Source: an uncultured Spirochaetales bacterium (GTDB lineage Bacteria; Spirochaetota; Spirochaetia; DAHUYW01). Taken from it: a DNA stretch of 64,000 nt. Shown here piece after piece: positions 29,111-38,776 of the stretch. Within the stretch, counting starts at the first letter, position 1; each line of letters begins with the position of its first letter. The stretch lies in NCBI GenBank assembly GCA_964506755.1, contig CAZDMH010000012.1, positions 83,061 to 147,060 of the forward strand, written 5' to 3'. The notes below the pieces were generated by a model. It made no database searches, was not told the DNA's origin, and saw only the letters and a list, made by a program, of their open reading frames with translations. The position numbers and the translations under genes were made by a program.

Positions 29111-31297
29111 CTACGGTCGCCGCGGAACGTAGGGGGTAAGCGGAAACGTGACCATGTAGTAATCGGTACCGAAATTCCAGAGCAGGAAACCGGGTGCGTT
29201 CGCATCCTGTACACCCTCGAGCTCGGTACGCAGGTAATTGGAATACTGCGCCTTGTCCATCTTCAACTCATACGGTCCGAGGAGGAAGGCTTGCACGAAG
29301 GGACGGATAATCGCGCGGCCGTTGACGATCCGTTGAGATCTCCACGTGCCCATGCGATAGAGGTATTTGGCGCGTTTGAGGTAGGGAAGCCCTGAGAGGA
29401 AATCTCGAGGAAAGAGCGACGGATAGAACATGGGGCAGATCACGTCCGCATAGTTCGAATAGACCTCGATGTCTTGACCAACCCAACCGGTGATAGGGTA
29501 CCAGGAATTGTAACCGAAAAGATCCACTGCAATGGGAACGTGAAGCGCGGCCCGGGCCATCTTGAGAAACGACTCCAGAGCGGCTTCCTCAGTCATTCCC
29601 TTTCTTCGATATCGATAGAGGGCGTTTCGTGAGCTGTGCTCCGAGGGGAAGCGGATGTAGTCGAATTGTATTTCGTCGATCCCGTCGCGCTGCAGTTCCT
29701 CCGCGATCTGCAGGTTGTAGCGCCAGGCAAACTCCGAAAAGGGGTCGACCCAGAACTCCTTCTGAACTTCCGTAACCTTGCCGGTTGTCTTGTTGACCTC
29801 TCTGACGAAATGCCCCCACGGGGCGTTGCGTTTCGGATCCCATATGGCATAGCGATGATGCTTGTAGCGGAAGAGGTACATATCCTTGAAGACAACCAGC
29901 CTTCCGACCACGTAGATCCCGTTCGCGTGGGCGGTTTGAATGAGGTCTTCGAGGTTGAAATAGGGGTGGACAGCACCGAGGGTATGGGCGAGAGGAACCT
30001 TGGTGTCGTAGGTGATATGGCCGTGATCGTCCTTCACGTCGACGACGAGGGTGTTGAGGCCGTTGGCCTTCAGGAAGGAGACCCAATGGGATAGCTTCTT
30101 GCCGGCCGCGTCCCACGGAGAGATGTATATCCCGGCTCGTCCTGAAGCGGCTCTCATGCGCGCCCGCGCTGCGGGAGAGGCGGCCGGAGGCTGCGGGGAC
30201 GGACCCACCGTATGCCATGTGTTGGCTGATGGATCGAGCTTCCACTCATTCGTCTGGGTTTCGAGGTCGAGACTCTGCGAGCCGGGTCCGGATTGCAGGC
30301 CGGTCGCGTGTGTACTCAGATTGCGGATAACCTCGCTCTTCTCGCCGGGGAAGTGGAGCGATGTCCAGCTCTTCCAGTCGGGGCTCGACCGATACACGCC
30401 TCCGCCGAAACCGACTCCAACGTAGACAATGCCTTTGCTTGCGGCTGAGTAGGAAAGGCCGGAGATCTCCTCATAGAAACCGTCCCCTCGATAGATGAAC
30501 TGCAGATCTTTCGCGCGACTGACCCACGTCTTGCCGTCGTCGTCGGTGGTGAAGACTCCTGCGAACGAGGTGGCGATTGCCACCGTCGACTTGTCGTAGG
30601 GCGACAGCGCCACGGCCGTGATGAAGTCGGCGCTCTTCACTGGTTTGTGGACGGGAATGCTCCTCCAGCTTCTGCCGGCATCCGAAGAGACATAGACGCC
30701 CGTCTCGGTCGTGACCGCGACCCTTTTCCCGTCGCGAGGATCGACCCCGAGGGAGGTCAAGGTTGCGATTGGATCATCCGTGAAGGGATAGATGACCCGA
30801 ATCGGGAGCCCGTTGCTTCGTTCCTCCCAGGTCTTTCCTCCGTCGGTAGAGATGAAGAGTCCCCGATTGCGGGTCGTACCGTATTCGAGCCCACCGGTGG
30901 CGTTCACCTGCTCGAGGAAGTAGGGATGGGACGGGTGCGGAGCCGAGCTGATCCCGTGCGCCAGGATAAGACCGGGGGTAGATGAGAGATTCGGGGCGGC
31001 CGGTTCTGGCTTTGACGTCGGGCTCGCAGCGGTCGACTTTGGCACGCTGCCTGCGGAGCCGCCGGCCGACGAACCGGCCGATGTCGGCTTCTCGGTCGTA
31101 GCGTTGATCGAAGCTGCAGGGGAGTGCGCGATCTCGGAGCCGGCGGCGCTCCGAGTCGGCGCACTCCTTGTGGAGTCGGAGTTTTGCCCGGTATGGTGGG
31201 AGGTGAATGCGTGAACGTTCTGCACTATGAGGAACGCTGCGCTTGCAAGCACAACTACGGTTGCTGCGGGAAGCCCGAATCGGATGATACGTCGCAT
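29111..31297 (-). CDS. Secreted BNR/Asp-box repeat (sialidase-like beta-propeller) protein fused to a glycoside-hydrolase-like TIM-barrel domain (GHL10/DUF187- or DUF4015-like)
   Basis: Signal anchor; Ser/Thr/Pro-rich linker; Asp-box motifs STDGGKTW, SSDAGRSW, TTDDDGKTW; C-terminal domain with the FDYIRFP motif (GIDEIQFDYIRFPSE). Confidence 0.6.
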   Translation of the reverse strand: MRRIIRFGLPAATVVVLASAAFLIVQNVHAFTSHHTGQNSDSTRSAPTRSAAGSEIAHSPAASINATTEKPTSAGSSAGGSAGSVPKSTAASPTSKPEPAAPNLSSTPGLILAHGISSAPHPSHPYFLEQVNATGGLEYGTTRNRGLFISTDGGKTWEERSNGLPIRVIYPFTDDPIATLTSLGVDPRDGKRVAVTTETGVYVSSDAGRSWRSIPVHKPVKSADFITAVALSPYDKSTVAIATSFAGVFTTDDDGKTWVSRAKDLQFIYRGDGFYEEISGLSYSAASKGIVYVGVGFGGGVYRSSPDWKSWTSLHFPGEKSEVIRNLSTHATGLQSGPGSQSLDLETQTNEWKLDPSANTWHTVGPSPQPPAASPAARARMRAASGRAGIYISPWDAAGKKLSHWVSFLKANGLNTLVVDVKDDHGHITYDTKVPLAHTLGAVHPYFNLEDLIQTAHANGIYVVGRLVVFKDMYLFRYKHHRYAIWDPKRNAPWGHFVREVNKTTGKVTEVQKEFWVDPFSEFAWRYNLQIAEELQRDGIDEIQFDYIRFPSEHSSRNALYRYRRKGMTEEAALESFLKMARAALHVPIAVDLFGYNSWYPITGWVGQDIEVYSNYADVICPMFYPSLFPRDFLSGLPYLKRAKYLYRMGTWRSQRIVNGRAIIRPFVQAFLLGPYELKMDKAQYSNYLRTELEGVQDANAPGFLLWNFGTDYYMVTFPLTPYVPRRP

Positions 31298-31461
31298 GGG
31301 TTACATCTCGGTAAACTGTTGATACCACAGGAAGACCCTTCCTGCAAGGCCAATGGTCCCTCGGAATAGGTCGATCGTGGTAGCGAAACTCCCACAAACC
31401 TGATAATATTTGTTAAGTTATTGATGGAGGAACCAATGGGGAAGTACTCGGAAGGCCAATC

Positions 31462-32076
31462 ATGAGCGACTCGACCTCCTGCCGGTGCCAGGTCGAGGAC
31501 CGCAAGATCCCGGCGCTCGTAATCGACAACATCTGCCGGAGTCTTTTTCGTCCTCCGGCGAGGTTCCTTGCGAAGTATGTCTCCCCGGGCAATACTGCTG
31601 TCGATCTCGGCTGCGGTCCGGGCTACTTCACGCTTCCCATGGCGAAAATCGTTGGCGCTCGGGGACGGGTACACGCGATCGATTTTGACCCGAAGGCCAT
31701 CGAGCGAGTGAAACGCAAGGCCGACCGCCAGGGAATCAACGGTCTGATCAACGCACGGGCCGTCTCCGCCTCGGAGATCGATTTCATCGAAACAGGCTCG
31801 GTGGACTTTGTGCTAGCAGAAGGATTGCTCTGCTGTATGAAGGATCATGCAGGAGCCGTACGGCAGATTCAACGTATCCTGAAGGAAGACGGGCGCGCCT
31901 ACTTGAGCATCATCAAGCTCTCCAGAGAGGGAGATCCCCGGAGCGTTTCCAAGCATGAGTGGACAGCACTGCTCGCGGAAATGGAGGTTCTCGCAGCCGG
32001 CGAGGGGCTCATGTCGCGGTGGGCGGTGGTGGCTCCCGGAACACGGTTGTCCGCTTCCCACACCCGGCGCACGTAA
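31462..32076 (+). CDS. Class I SAM-dependent methyltransferase
   Basis: 204 aa; motif I VDLGCGPGYF, acidic motif II AIDFD, motif III FVLAEGLL. Confidence 0.7.
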   Translation: MSDSTSCRCQVEDRKIPALVIDNICRSLFRPPARFLAKYVSPGNTAVDLGCGPGYFTLPMAKIVGARGRVHAIDFDPKAIERVKRKADRQGINGLINARAVSASEIDFIETGSVDFVLAEGLLCCMKDHAGAVRQIQRILKEDGRAYLSIIKLSREGDPRSVSKHEWTALLAEMEVLAAGEGLMSRWAVVAPGTRLSASHTRRT

Positions 32077-32453
32077 TGCAGGAAGTGGAGATTCTGTGCA
32101 AGAGAGTGCTTATTCTAAATCAAGGACTCGTGGTCGCGCAGGGAACGTCAACTGAATTGAATCGGACCCTATCGGGGCACCGGCAAGTGATGAATCTCGT
32201 GCTCGAGGGAGTCTCCCAAGGCGATCTGCAGACTGCGATCGCCGGCCTACCTGAGGGTGCGACGGTTTCGTCGCCGTTGGAGACGGACGAACGGAGAGTC
32301 AGTCTAGAGGTGAGTCTGTCGAAGGGCATGTCCGAGAAGGCCATCTTCGACTGGGCGGTGTCCAACCATTTCACGATCGTTGGCATGAACACCAAGACGA
32401 TGGATCTCGAAGAGATCTTTCGCCGCCTTACACAATCCGACACCAAGTCATAA
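32076..32453 (+). pseudogene. C-terminal fragment of an ABC-2-type ABC transporter ATP-binding protein (gene remnant)
   Basis: MQEVEILCKRVLILNQGLVVAQGTSTELNRTL ... MDLEEIFRRLT corresponds to the region after the H-loop plus the C-terminal extension of GldA/NatA-like ATPases. Walker A, signature and Walker B are absent upstream. The ATG shares one base with the methyltransferase TAA (TAATG). Confidence 0.5.
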
Positions 32454-32505
32454 TATTCCGAAAAACACACCCCAAGAAGCAATTTCTCCTCTCGTTGTGC
32501 CTCGA

Positions 32506-33339
32506 CTACTTCAGGCTCATCGTGAAGCCGCTCGACATCTTGCGGTAGACGTAGCCGGAGAAGAGCAGGAGTGGAAGCGTTGCCAGGAGGCCGATCGCCA
32601 TGAGTTGCCCCCAGAGGGTCTCGTACTCCGTGATGAAATTGACGATCTTGAGCGGCAAAGTCTGGAGACGGGGGTCCCGGAGGAACAGCAGCGCGAAGAG
32701 AAACTCGTCCCACGCCATGATGATGCTGAAAATCGAGGTTGCGATCACGCCGCTGCGCATGAGCGGTAGAACGATGTGCCAGAGTATGCCGAGGTTCGAC
32801 GCGCCGTCGATCCGCGCCGCCTGCTCGTATTCGGTCGGCAATGCCTTGAAGAAGCCGAACAGCATCCAGATGCAGTAGGGGAGCGTGTAAACCTGATAGA
32901 CGATGATCAGCCCTCCGAGGTTGTTGAGTAGATGTGCCGCGACGAAGAGGGTGTAGAGCGGTATTGCGAGCACGACGGGGGGTAGGATCTTTACCGCCAA
33001 GACCCAAACGAGAAAGACGGTGTTGAAGTGGAACGGGAACCGGTGACGCGATAGAGCATATCCGGCGAGAAAGGAGAGGAGCAAAGAGAAGAGCGTCGAG
33101 AACACTGCCACGAAGAGGGTGTTGAATAGGTTGCCGAAAAAACCGCCGGCGATTACTTCGACGAAGTTCTTCAGAAACAGCCCGTGCGGGAAGAACACGG
33201 GGACCGACGAAATGTTCTCGAGCGGCGACTTGAAGGCAGTTACGACAATCCAATAGATCGGGAAGAGAACCAGCACGAGAACGATGAGAAAGAGGATCCA
33301 GAACAGCGGTCCCTTTCGGTCCAGGCTCGTAGCCCTCAT
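32506..33339 (-). CDS. Carbohydrate ABC transporter permease (CUT1, MalG-like)
   Basis: 6 TM; EAA-like loop EQAARIDGASNLGILWHIVLP. Confidence 0.8.
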   Translation of the reverse strand: MRATSLDRKGPLFWILFLIVLVLVLFPIYWIVVTAFKSPLENISSVPVFFPHGLFLKNFVEVIAGGFFGNLFNTLFVAVFSTLFSLLLSFLAGYALSRHRFPFHFNTVFLVWVLAVKILPPVVLAIPLYTLFVAAHLLNNLGGLIIVYQVYTLPYCIWMLFGFFKALPTEYEQAARIDGASNLGILWHIVLPLMRSGVIATSIFSIIMAWDEFLFALLFLRDPRLQTLPLKIVNFITEYETLWGQLMAIGLLATLPLLLFSGYVYRKMSSGFTMSLK

Positions 33340-34229
33340 ACGTCTCCCTCTTTCATGATCTGGCGGATGTAAACGACAGCGATGAGAGCAATGACGACCA
33401 GGGTATACATCGATGCCGTAGAGGCGCGGCCCAGGTTGAAATAGACGAAACCCTCGCGGTAGATGAAGAACGAGACCGTCTCAGTCGAGTTTCCTGGACC
33501 CCCGCCGGTAAGGGCGTAGACTTTCGAGAAGACCCGGAAGGTATCTATGGTTCGAAGCAGAACGACGAGAACGATCTGGCTCCACAGGATTGGGACGGTT
33601 ACCGAGAACACCGTCCGGAAGTAGCCGGCGCCGTCGATGCTCGCCGCTTCGAAAACCTCTCGTTGAATGGAGAGCAGTCCGGCCTGAAGGACGATGAACG
33701 CGAAGGGAGTCCATTGCCAGATGTCGACGAGGATGACGGAAAAAAGGGCGAGGTGCGGGTTATTCAACCAGCCGACCGGGCCCAGACCGGCCGCTTTCAG
33801 GAGGTAGTTGAGCAGGCCGATGTCGAACTGGTAGAGGGTCCGCCACACCGAACAGACTACCATCGTGGATACCATCATCGGGAAGATGACGATAATCATC
33901 GCCGGACGTCTCCCGAAGAACTTTCCATAGAAGAGGAGCGCCAGAGCGAAACCGAGCCCCACCTCGAGAAGCGTTCCCACAAAGGAGAAGATGATCGTAT
34001 TGACAAAGGATGTCTGGAAGATGTCGTCGGAGATGATCGACGAAAAATTCTTGAATCCGATGAAGAGTCTCTCATCGGAGAGGAAGTTGTACTTGTAGAA
34101 GGAGTTGGCCACAACCTGCACGACCGGATAGACCGTCAGGAAGACGACGACGGCGAAGGCTGGAAACAGGATGGCGTAGTAGAATCGGTTCTTGACGATG
34201 TACTTCAGCATGGTTCTGCGTTTGATCAA
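33336..34229 (-). CDS. Carbohydrate ABC transporter permease (CUT1, MalF-like)
   Basis: 6 TM; EAASIDGAGYFRTVFSVTVP; 4-nt overlap with the downstream permease. Confidence 0.8.
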   Translation of the reverse strand: MIKRRTMLKYIVKNRFYYAILFPAFAVVVFLTVYPVVQVVANSFYKYNFLSDERLFIGFKNFSSIISDDIFQTSFVNTIIFSFVGTLLEVGLGFALALLFYGKFFGRRPAMIIVIFPMMVSTMVVCSVWRTLYQFDIGLLNYLLKAAGLGPVGWLNNPHLALFSVILVDIWQWTPFAFIVLQAGLLSIQREVFEAASIDGAGYFRTVFSVTVPILWSQIVLVVLLRTIDTFRVFSKVYALTGGGPGNSTETVSFFIYREGFVYFNLGRASTASMYTLVVIALIAVVYIRQIMKEGDV

Positions 34230-34320
34230 TAGGACGACGCTCCTCTCGAAGGAGCGTCGTCTGATTCTGATTATCTCCGTTGTGCGGCAAGAGTCAACGC
34301 CGCATTATCCGGTCCTAGTT

Positions 34321-35592
34321 CTACTGTATGATCTCCTGGATCTTCTCGTTCGCGGTTTTGAGAGCATCCTGAGCGCTCATCTGCCCGATGAGGGCGAGTT
34401 GCAGATAGGTGCCGAACGTCGTTTCGATTTCTGGCCATTTGTTCGTCCGAGCCCGGGCGCGCGCGTTCTCGAGGGCAGCTTCCTGGCCGGGGAACCACGG
34501 GTATTTTTTCAAGAGCCCCGGATCCTGGAAGGCGCTCTTTCGCGAAGGGGCAATGCCGAACTGATCGGCCAGCTGAATCTGCATGTCCTTGCCCGTCACG
34601 TACATGAGGAAGTCGAAGGCCGCGCTCTGATTCTTGGACGCCTTGGGAATACCGAGGAGCCAGGCACCTATGACCGGGGACGAGGGCGCGGTTTCCCGCG
34701 GATGCGCCGTCACCATGACCTTCCCGACCACTTGCGACTTGTCGGGATTGTTCAGATCGCCGACCCAGCTCGGCCATACCTCGGTCACCATTGCGAGCCT
34801 GCCGCCGTAGAGTGCGTCCCGAACCTGTGCGCTGTTCCAGGTGTCGACCGCCTGCGGAGCGTATGCCTTCAGTTTGAGGAAGTACTGCAGGGCCGCGAGG
34901 GCCTGGGGACTATCGACCGTCGCCTTGTTATTCTCGAGAACGTTCGCTCCGAACGCCCAGAAGATCGGAAGGAACCCGGATACGATTGGATTCCCCTTCA
35001 CCCCGCGGAAGCCGACCGGGGTAACGTTTGGATCCATCTGTTTCAGCTTCTGTGCATCGGCAAGGACATCATCCCAGGTCGCAGGTTTCGCCAATCCGTA
35101 TTTGTCGAAGAGATCTGTTCGGTAGGCGAACATTTCCACATTACCGACGTGAGGAAGGGCGTAGAGAGTACCGGAATCCGCATACGGATAGCGGCCGAGC
35201 TTGACGGCTGCGGAGATGAAGTCCGGGTCCAGAGTCTCCCCCTTCGACTTCAGCATCCCGTCGAGACTCGCAAGCCATCCTGCCTTCTGGAACTGTGGTG
35301 CGTTCGGATCATCGATCATGATGAGATCGTAGCTTCCGGTGCCGCTCTTCATGTCGATTACTACCTTCTCGTACTGCGAGTTGTAGGGAAGCTTCAGGAC
35401 GTCGAAGGTGACGTCGGGATGCCCCTTGGTGTACTCGTCGGTCGCGTACTGCATGGCGTTTCCGTACACTCCGTCTCTTCCGGCAATGGTCAGCTTGACC
35501 GGCCCCGTCGCCTCGGGTTGCGGGCTGGCGAGAACGAAGAATACCGGGGCCAAGAGCAAGACCAAAACAGAGAGGATAAACCTGTTTTTCAT
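34321..35592 (-). CDS. ABC transporter extracellular solute-binding protein (family 1, sugar)
   Basis: Start at ATG 35592 (AAGGAG 6 nt upstream) gives signal peptide MKNRFILSVLVLLLAPVFFVLAS; SBP_bac_1-like sequence. Confidence 0.75.
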   Translation of the reverse strand: MKNRFILSVLVLLLAPVFFVLASPQPEATGPVKLTIAGRDGVYGNAMQYATDEYTKGHPDVTFDVLKLPYNSQYEKVVIDMKSGTGSYDLIMIDDPNAPQFQKAGWLASLDGMLKSKGETLDPDFISAAVKLGRYPYADSGTLYALPHVGNVEMFAYRTDLFDKYGLAKPATWDDVLADAQKLKQMDPNVTPVGFRGVKGNPIVSGFLPIFWAFGANVLENNKATVDSPQALAALQYFLKLKAYAPQAVDTWNSAQVRDALYGGRLAMVTEVWPSWVGDLNNPDKSQVVGKVMVTAHPRETAPSSPVIGAWLLGIPKASKNQSAAFDFLMYVTGKDMQIQLADQFGIAPSRKSAFQDPGLLKKYPWFPGQEAALENARARARTNKWPEIETTFGTYLQLALIGQMSAQDALKTANEKIQEIIQ

Positions 35593-35726
35593 ACCTACTC
35601 CTTGTGTCGATTTCCTCCAGTGTATACCCGCTTCATCGGCGGCGATACCGTTTTTCATTTCAGCGTTACCATACAAAATTCGCTTATTTCCCTAATGTGA
35701 CGAATCATGTATAATCCAGCTCATTC

Positions 35727-36731
35727 ATGGCGACACCCGAGAGCGGATCCGAAAAGGGCCACCAACGACATCGCCTCAAACAGCGCGACCTCGTCATGAG
35801 CATCTTCTTTCTTTTCTCCGAGGAATACGAGCGCAGCCAAACCGAATCCATTTGGCAGGTGAGAGTCCCCATAGAGCGGGTCAAGGACTACCTCCAGAGC
35901 CGCCACAGCGTTCGCTACAAGAGCAACCTCTGGGTATACACTCAGCTCAAGCGTTATGAGGATGAGATAGGCGTTAAGCTATTCGCGAAGGAGTCGATAG
36001 GATCGGATCCTCAGGATTTCGCCCTTCGCATCTATTATCCTTTCGTTAATTTCCTGCAGAAACAGCATCTCTACGTCAACCAGAAGATCAAGGTCGCTAA
36101 TGGTGCGTACGACAAGATCCAGCATTATTCGGCCGCACGAGGCGATAGGAAACCGGTCCGACTCTTACTCGGCGCGGGAAGCACGATCTTTCATCTTGCG
36201 GCCATCATCGCCGAAAAGTCCTCTGAAAAGGCGACGAGGTACTCGGTATACACTCACAACCTGGGTGCGCTGCAGCAGATTCTAAATCCGAAAGTGAATT
36301 TCGGAAACATCGAAGTCTTCATGCCTCAGGGCAAGATCGATCCCGTAACCTACACGATCGTCGGTTCGCCCACTCCGATGTTCGAGTCGTCGGATTTCGA
36401 CTTCGTGATTCAAGGAACAAGTCGCGTTTTCGACGGAAAGCTCTACATCGAGTCGCGGGCGGAATGGGACCGGAAGCGGATGATCCTACGAAGCTGTCAT
36501 GGCCAGAAGCTGCTGGTCCTGACGAAACACGAGTTCTCCGACGAGCCGTTCCCGGGAACCGAGCCCTACGGGTCGGTCGAGGACTATGACTGGGTCGTCG
36601 TGCCGAAACGAAGCTCCGAAGACGGACCGAAGAAGCGCTCCGAGGTGCTCTTCGACGAATGCACTTCGGTCCTGAAGCCTGAAATAATAAGCTGGAATTA
36701 CGAAATCTACAGAGTCGACCACCGAGGCTGA
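35727..36731 (+). CDS. Hypothetical protein with DeoR C-terminal (sugar-phosphate sensor) -like domain; possible regulator
   Basis: 334 aa; RLLLGAGSTIFHLAAII...SVYTHNLGALQQIL...FDFVIQGTSRVFDGK...KLLVLTKHEF resembles DeoRC/ISOCOT-fold effector domains. No clear HTH in the first 100 aa. Divergent from the sugar SBP gene. Confidence 0.4.
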   Translation: MATPESGSEKGHQRHRLKQRDLVMSIFFLFSEEYERSQTESIWQVRVPIERVKDYLQSRHSVRYKSNLWVYTQLKRYEDEIGVKLFAKESIGSDPQDFALRIYYPFVNFLQKQHLYVNQKIKVANGAYDKIQHYSAARGDRKPVRLLLGAGSTIFHLAAIIAEKSSEKATRYSVYTHNLGALQQILNPKVNFGNIEVFMPQGKIDPVTYTIVGSPTPMFESSDFDFVIQGTSRVFDGKLYIESRAEWDRKRMILRSCHGQKLLVLTKHEFSDEPFPGTEPYGSVEDYDWVVVPKRSSEDGPKKRSEVLFDECTSVLKPEIISWNYEIYRVDHRG

Positions 36732-36763
36732 CGGAACGGCTTGGATGTTCGGGAGGCGCTCTC

Positions 36764-37504
36764 CTACATGAGGTTCCTGAGCGTCGACACCCTGTTCGTC
36801 GTAATCGAATAGACTCCCAGGTCGAGGAAGTACCTCATTCGCTCGGGATCATCGACGGTCCAGACAGAAACCGGTATGAAACGACGAGAGGCGTGGGCAA
36901 CCAGGGTTTCACTGCAGAACGTGTGAAAGACGTTGAGTCCACAGCACGAGGTCTCTACGGCGTTGTTGCACACGCTTTCCACGAACGAATCGTAGTCTTC
37001 CGTGCCGCGTTCATATTGGCTTTCGCTGATGTTGAGCAAGACTTGACAGTCCTTGTGGTGAGTTTTCAGATAGTGCGCACGCTCTCTTTCGCACCCGGAA
37101 AACACCACTCGATCGACCATCCCCCGCTCCCGGACCAGTCGCATTGCCGGTTCAATGACCGAGTCCTCTTTCACGTCGAGGTTCAGCACGAATCGGCGGC
37201 CGGCCGCGAAGTCGAGGACCTCCTCGAGTCGTGTCATCCTCGCTTCTGTTCCTCGGCCGTCAACTGAACCAGACCTATGAAGCGCCTGCAGTTCGCGAAA
37301 CGACAGCTTCGAAAGCTCTGTCGGCTGTCCGTTCAGAGTTAGCGCTCCATCGTGCTGGAGTACGACAACCTCGTCGCGTGTCGAGCGGATATCGATCTCG
37401 ATGACGTCTGCCCCTGCATCGAGGGCACCAACCACGGCATCCAGTGTGTGCGGCGTCGAGGATTCACATCCATCGTGGGCGGTCACGAGCGGTAAGTGGT
37501 GCAT
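36764..37504 (-). CDS. Glycerophosphodiester phosphodiesterase family protein
   Basis: Internal ATG at 37504 gives MHHLPLVTAHDG...DVIEIDIRSTRDEVVVLQHD (GDPD His/Glu/Asp motifs). The longer ORF to 37600 adds a non-conserved N-terminus. Confidence 0.7.
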   Translation of the reverse strand: MHHLPLVTAHDGCESSTPHTLDAVVGALDAGADVIEIDIRSTRDEVVVLQHDGALTLNGQPTELSKLSFRELQALHRSGSVDGRGTEARMTRLEEVLDFAAGRRFVLNLDVKEDSVIEPAMRLVRERGMVDRVVFSGCERERAHYLKTHHKDCQVLLNISESQYERGTEDYDSFVESVCNNAVETSCCGLNVFHTFCSETLVAHASRRFIPVSVWTVDDPERMRYFLDLGVYSITTNRVSTLRNLM

Positions 37505-37673
37505 CTGTCCGGTTCCGGATGTACTATACCACGGAACGCGAACGGGCAGACCAAAGCGGCGTCCACGATAAAAGAGAAGGAATACGGATCGTTCCCGCAA
37601 AATAGATGCGAAGTGTTTTTCATATACGATGTACTTTTACATGGTTCACTCGTTGAGGGATCGGAGGTCTCTC

Positions 37674-38600
37674 TTAGGAGTCGGTTGCCCCGGGATCTGG
37701 CTCTGCTTGCCGGTTGTCGTGCCCAACCCGTGAGAGAACCTCGTCCACGGTACCAGTGAACGGCCCCGGCGTCTCCATTTTCAGGCTCGTGAGAGCTGCC
37801 GCGTATCGCACAGATTCCCCGGCCGGGTGATCGAACCTCCAGGCGAGGTAGGATGCGAAGCAGGTGTCGCCCCGTCCGGTACGCCCCGAGAGGTTCTTGG
37901 GAGTAAAGGGCGCGCGGTGGATAGCCTGACCGTCGAAGACGATTACCTCGGTGTTGTGTGTCACCATTACCTCTTTCGCACCGAGGGCGGAAAGTTGCCG
38001 AGCCGCGCGTTCACGGTCTGCAGTCCCCGTCAGGATTTCAGCTTCCGCCGCGTCGGTCTTCAGGTAGGTGATGCGGGGCAGCAGGTGTTCTTTCATTTGC
38101 CAGTCGCGAAAGAGCAGCTTGCCTGCTTCGCTTCGGCGAAGCACTCCTTGAGCGTCGATCGCAACCGGGGCTCGAAGCGAAAGCGGCCCGATGAGATCGT
38201 CGGGGATTTCCCCTGCGAAAAGCCCTGCAAGATGAAAGACTCTTGGCTTTACCGCCGCGAGCTCATCGAGGCAGAAAGGATCGGCTTGCGATAAGAGGGT
38301 TACCGTTCGGCGTTCGCGGTCTTCTGTTTCGTAAACGTTGCGTATCGACGTGGTCGCCGCCGAGTCGACGACGCGGCACTCGGTTCCGTTGGAACCGAAG
38401 ACTTCGAGAAGCGGGCGGTCGGCCGGGGCCGCCTTGGTAACCACCAACACTCGCGCACCGCTGCGCGTCGCGGCTGCCGAGGAGTAAACCACTGCGCCGC
38501 CGAGAAGCCTCTCCTCTGTTCCACCGTAGACGATGATGTCTTTCGAAACGTGACCGACCATGACAATGTCGTAGGTGTCCATGCGCAGAGAGTAGATCAT
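37674..38600 (-). CDS. PfkB-family carbohydrate kinase
   Basis: 308 aa; N-terminal DIVMVGHVSKD and C-terminal anion-hole motif GRTGRGDTCFASYL of the ribokinase fold. Confidence 0.75.
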   Translation of the reverse strand: MIYSLRMDTYDIVMVGHVSKDIIVYGGTEERLLGGAVVYSSAAATRSGARVLVVTKAAPADRPLLEVFGSNGTECRVVDSAATTSIRNVYETEDRERRTVTLLSQADPFCLDELAAVKPRVFHLAGLFAGEIPDDLIGPLSLRAPVAIDAQGVLRRSEAGKLLFRDWQMKEHLLPRITYLKTDAAEAEILTGTADRERAARQLSALGAKEVMVTHNTEVIVFDGQAIHRAPFTPKNLSGRTGRGDTCFASYLAWRFDHPAGESVRYAAALTSLKMETPGPFTGTVDEVLSRVGHDNRQAEPDPGATDS

Positions 38601-38666
38601 TCGCGCAGTTGTTGCTACCGCCGCACCCCCTGCAAGGGGTCACTTCAAACATCAATCAAAAAAAGA

Positions 38667-38694
38667 TTGACACCACGATAGGCTGGTTTACTAT
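38667..38694 (+). promoter_or_regulatory. Candidate sigma70-type promoter (TTGACA-N16-TACTAT) for the Fe(3+)-type ABC operon; 5' UTR contains hairpin GGGGAGtCTCCCC (38703-38715)
   Basis: TTGACA at 38667-72, TACTAT at 38689-94, about 80 nt upstream of ATG 38777; AAAGGAGGA SD at 38763-71. Confidence 0.35.
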
Positions 38695-38776
38695 AGATAT
38701 ATGGGGAGTCTCCCCACAAAAGTGTATTTCAACATGTCATGAGCAACCCCTAACTCAACTCAAAGGAGGATCACCC

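Noticed and set aside
32120-33253. 377-aa minus-strand ORF overlapping the MalG-like permease in another frame
   Set aside because: Off-frame, Arg/Pro-rich. The permease frame has the correct TM topology and EAA loop.
35593-35676. Upstream extension of the sugar SBP ORF (MYGNAEMKNGIAADEAGIHWRKSTQGVG)
   Set aside because: A strong AAGGAG SD sits 6 nt before the internal ATG at 35592, which starts a textbook signal peptide. The extension has no function-like sequence.
34192-35700. 502-aa plus-strand ORF overlapping the sugar SBP gene
   Set aside because: Shadow ORF opposite a well-supported SBP gene (SD + signal peptide). The translation is Arg/Gly-rich with no motifs.
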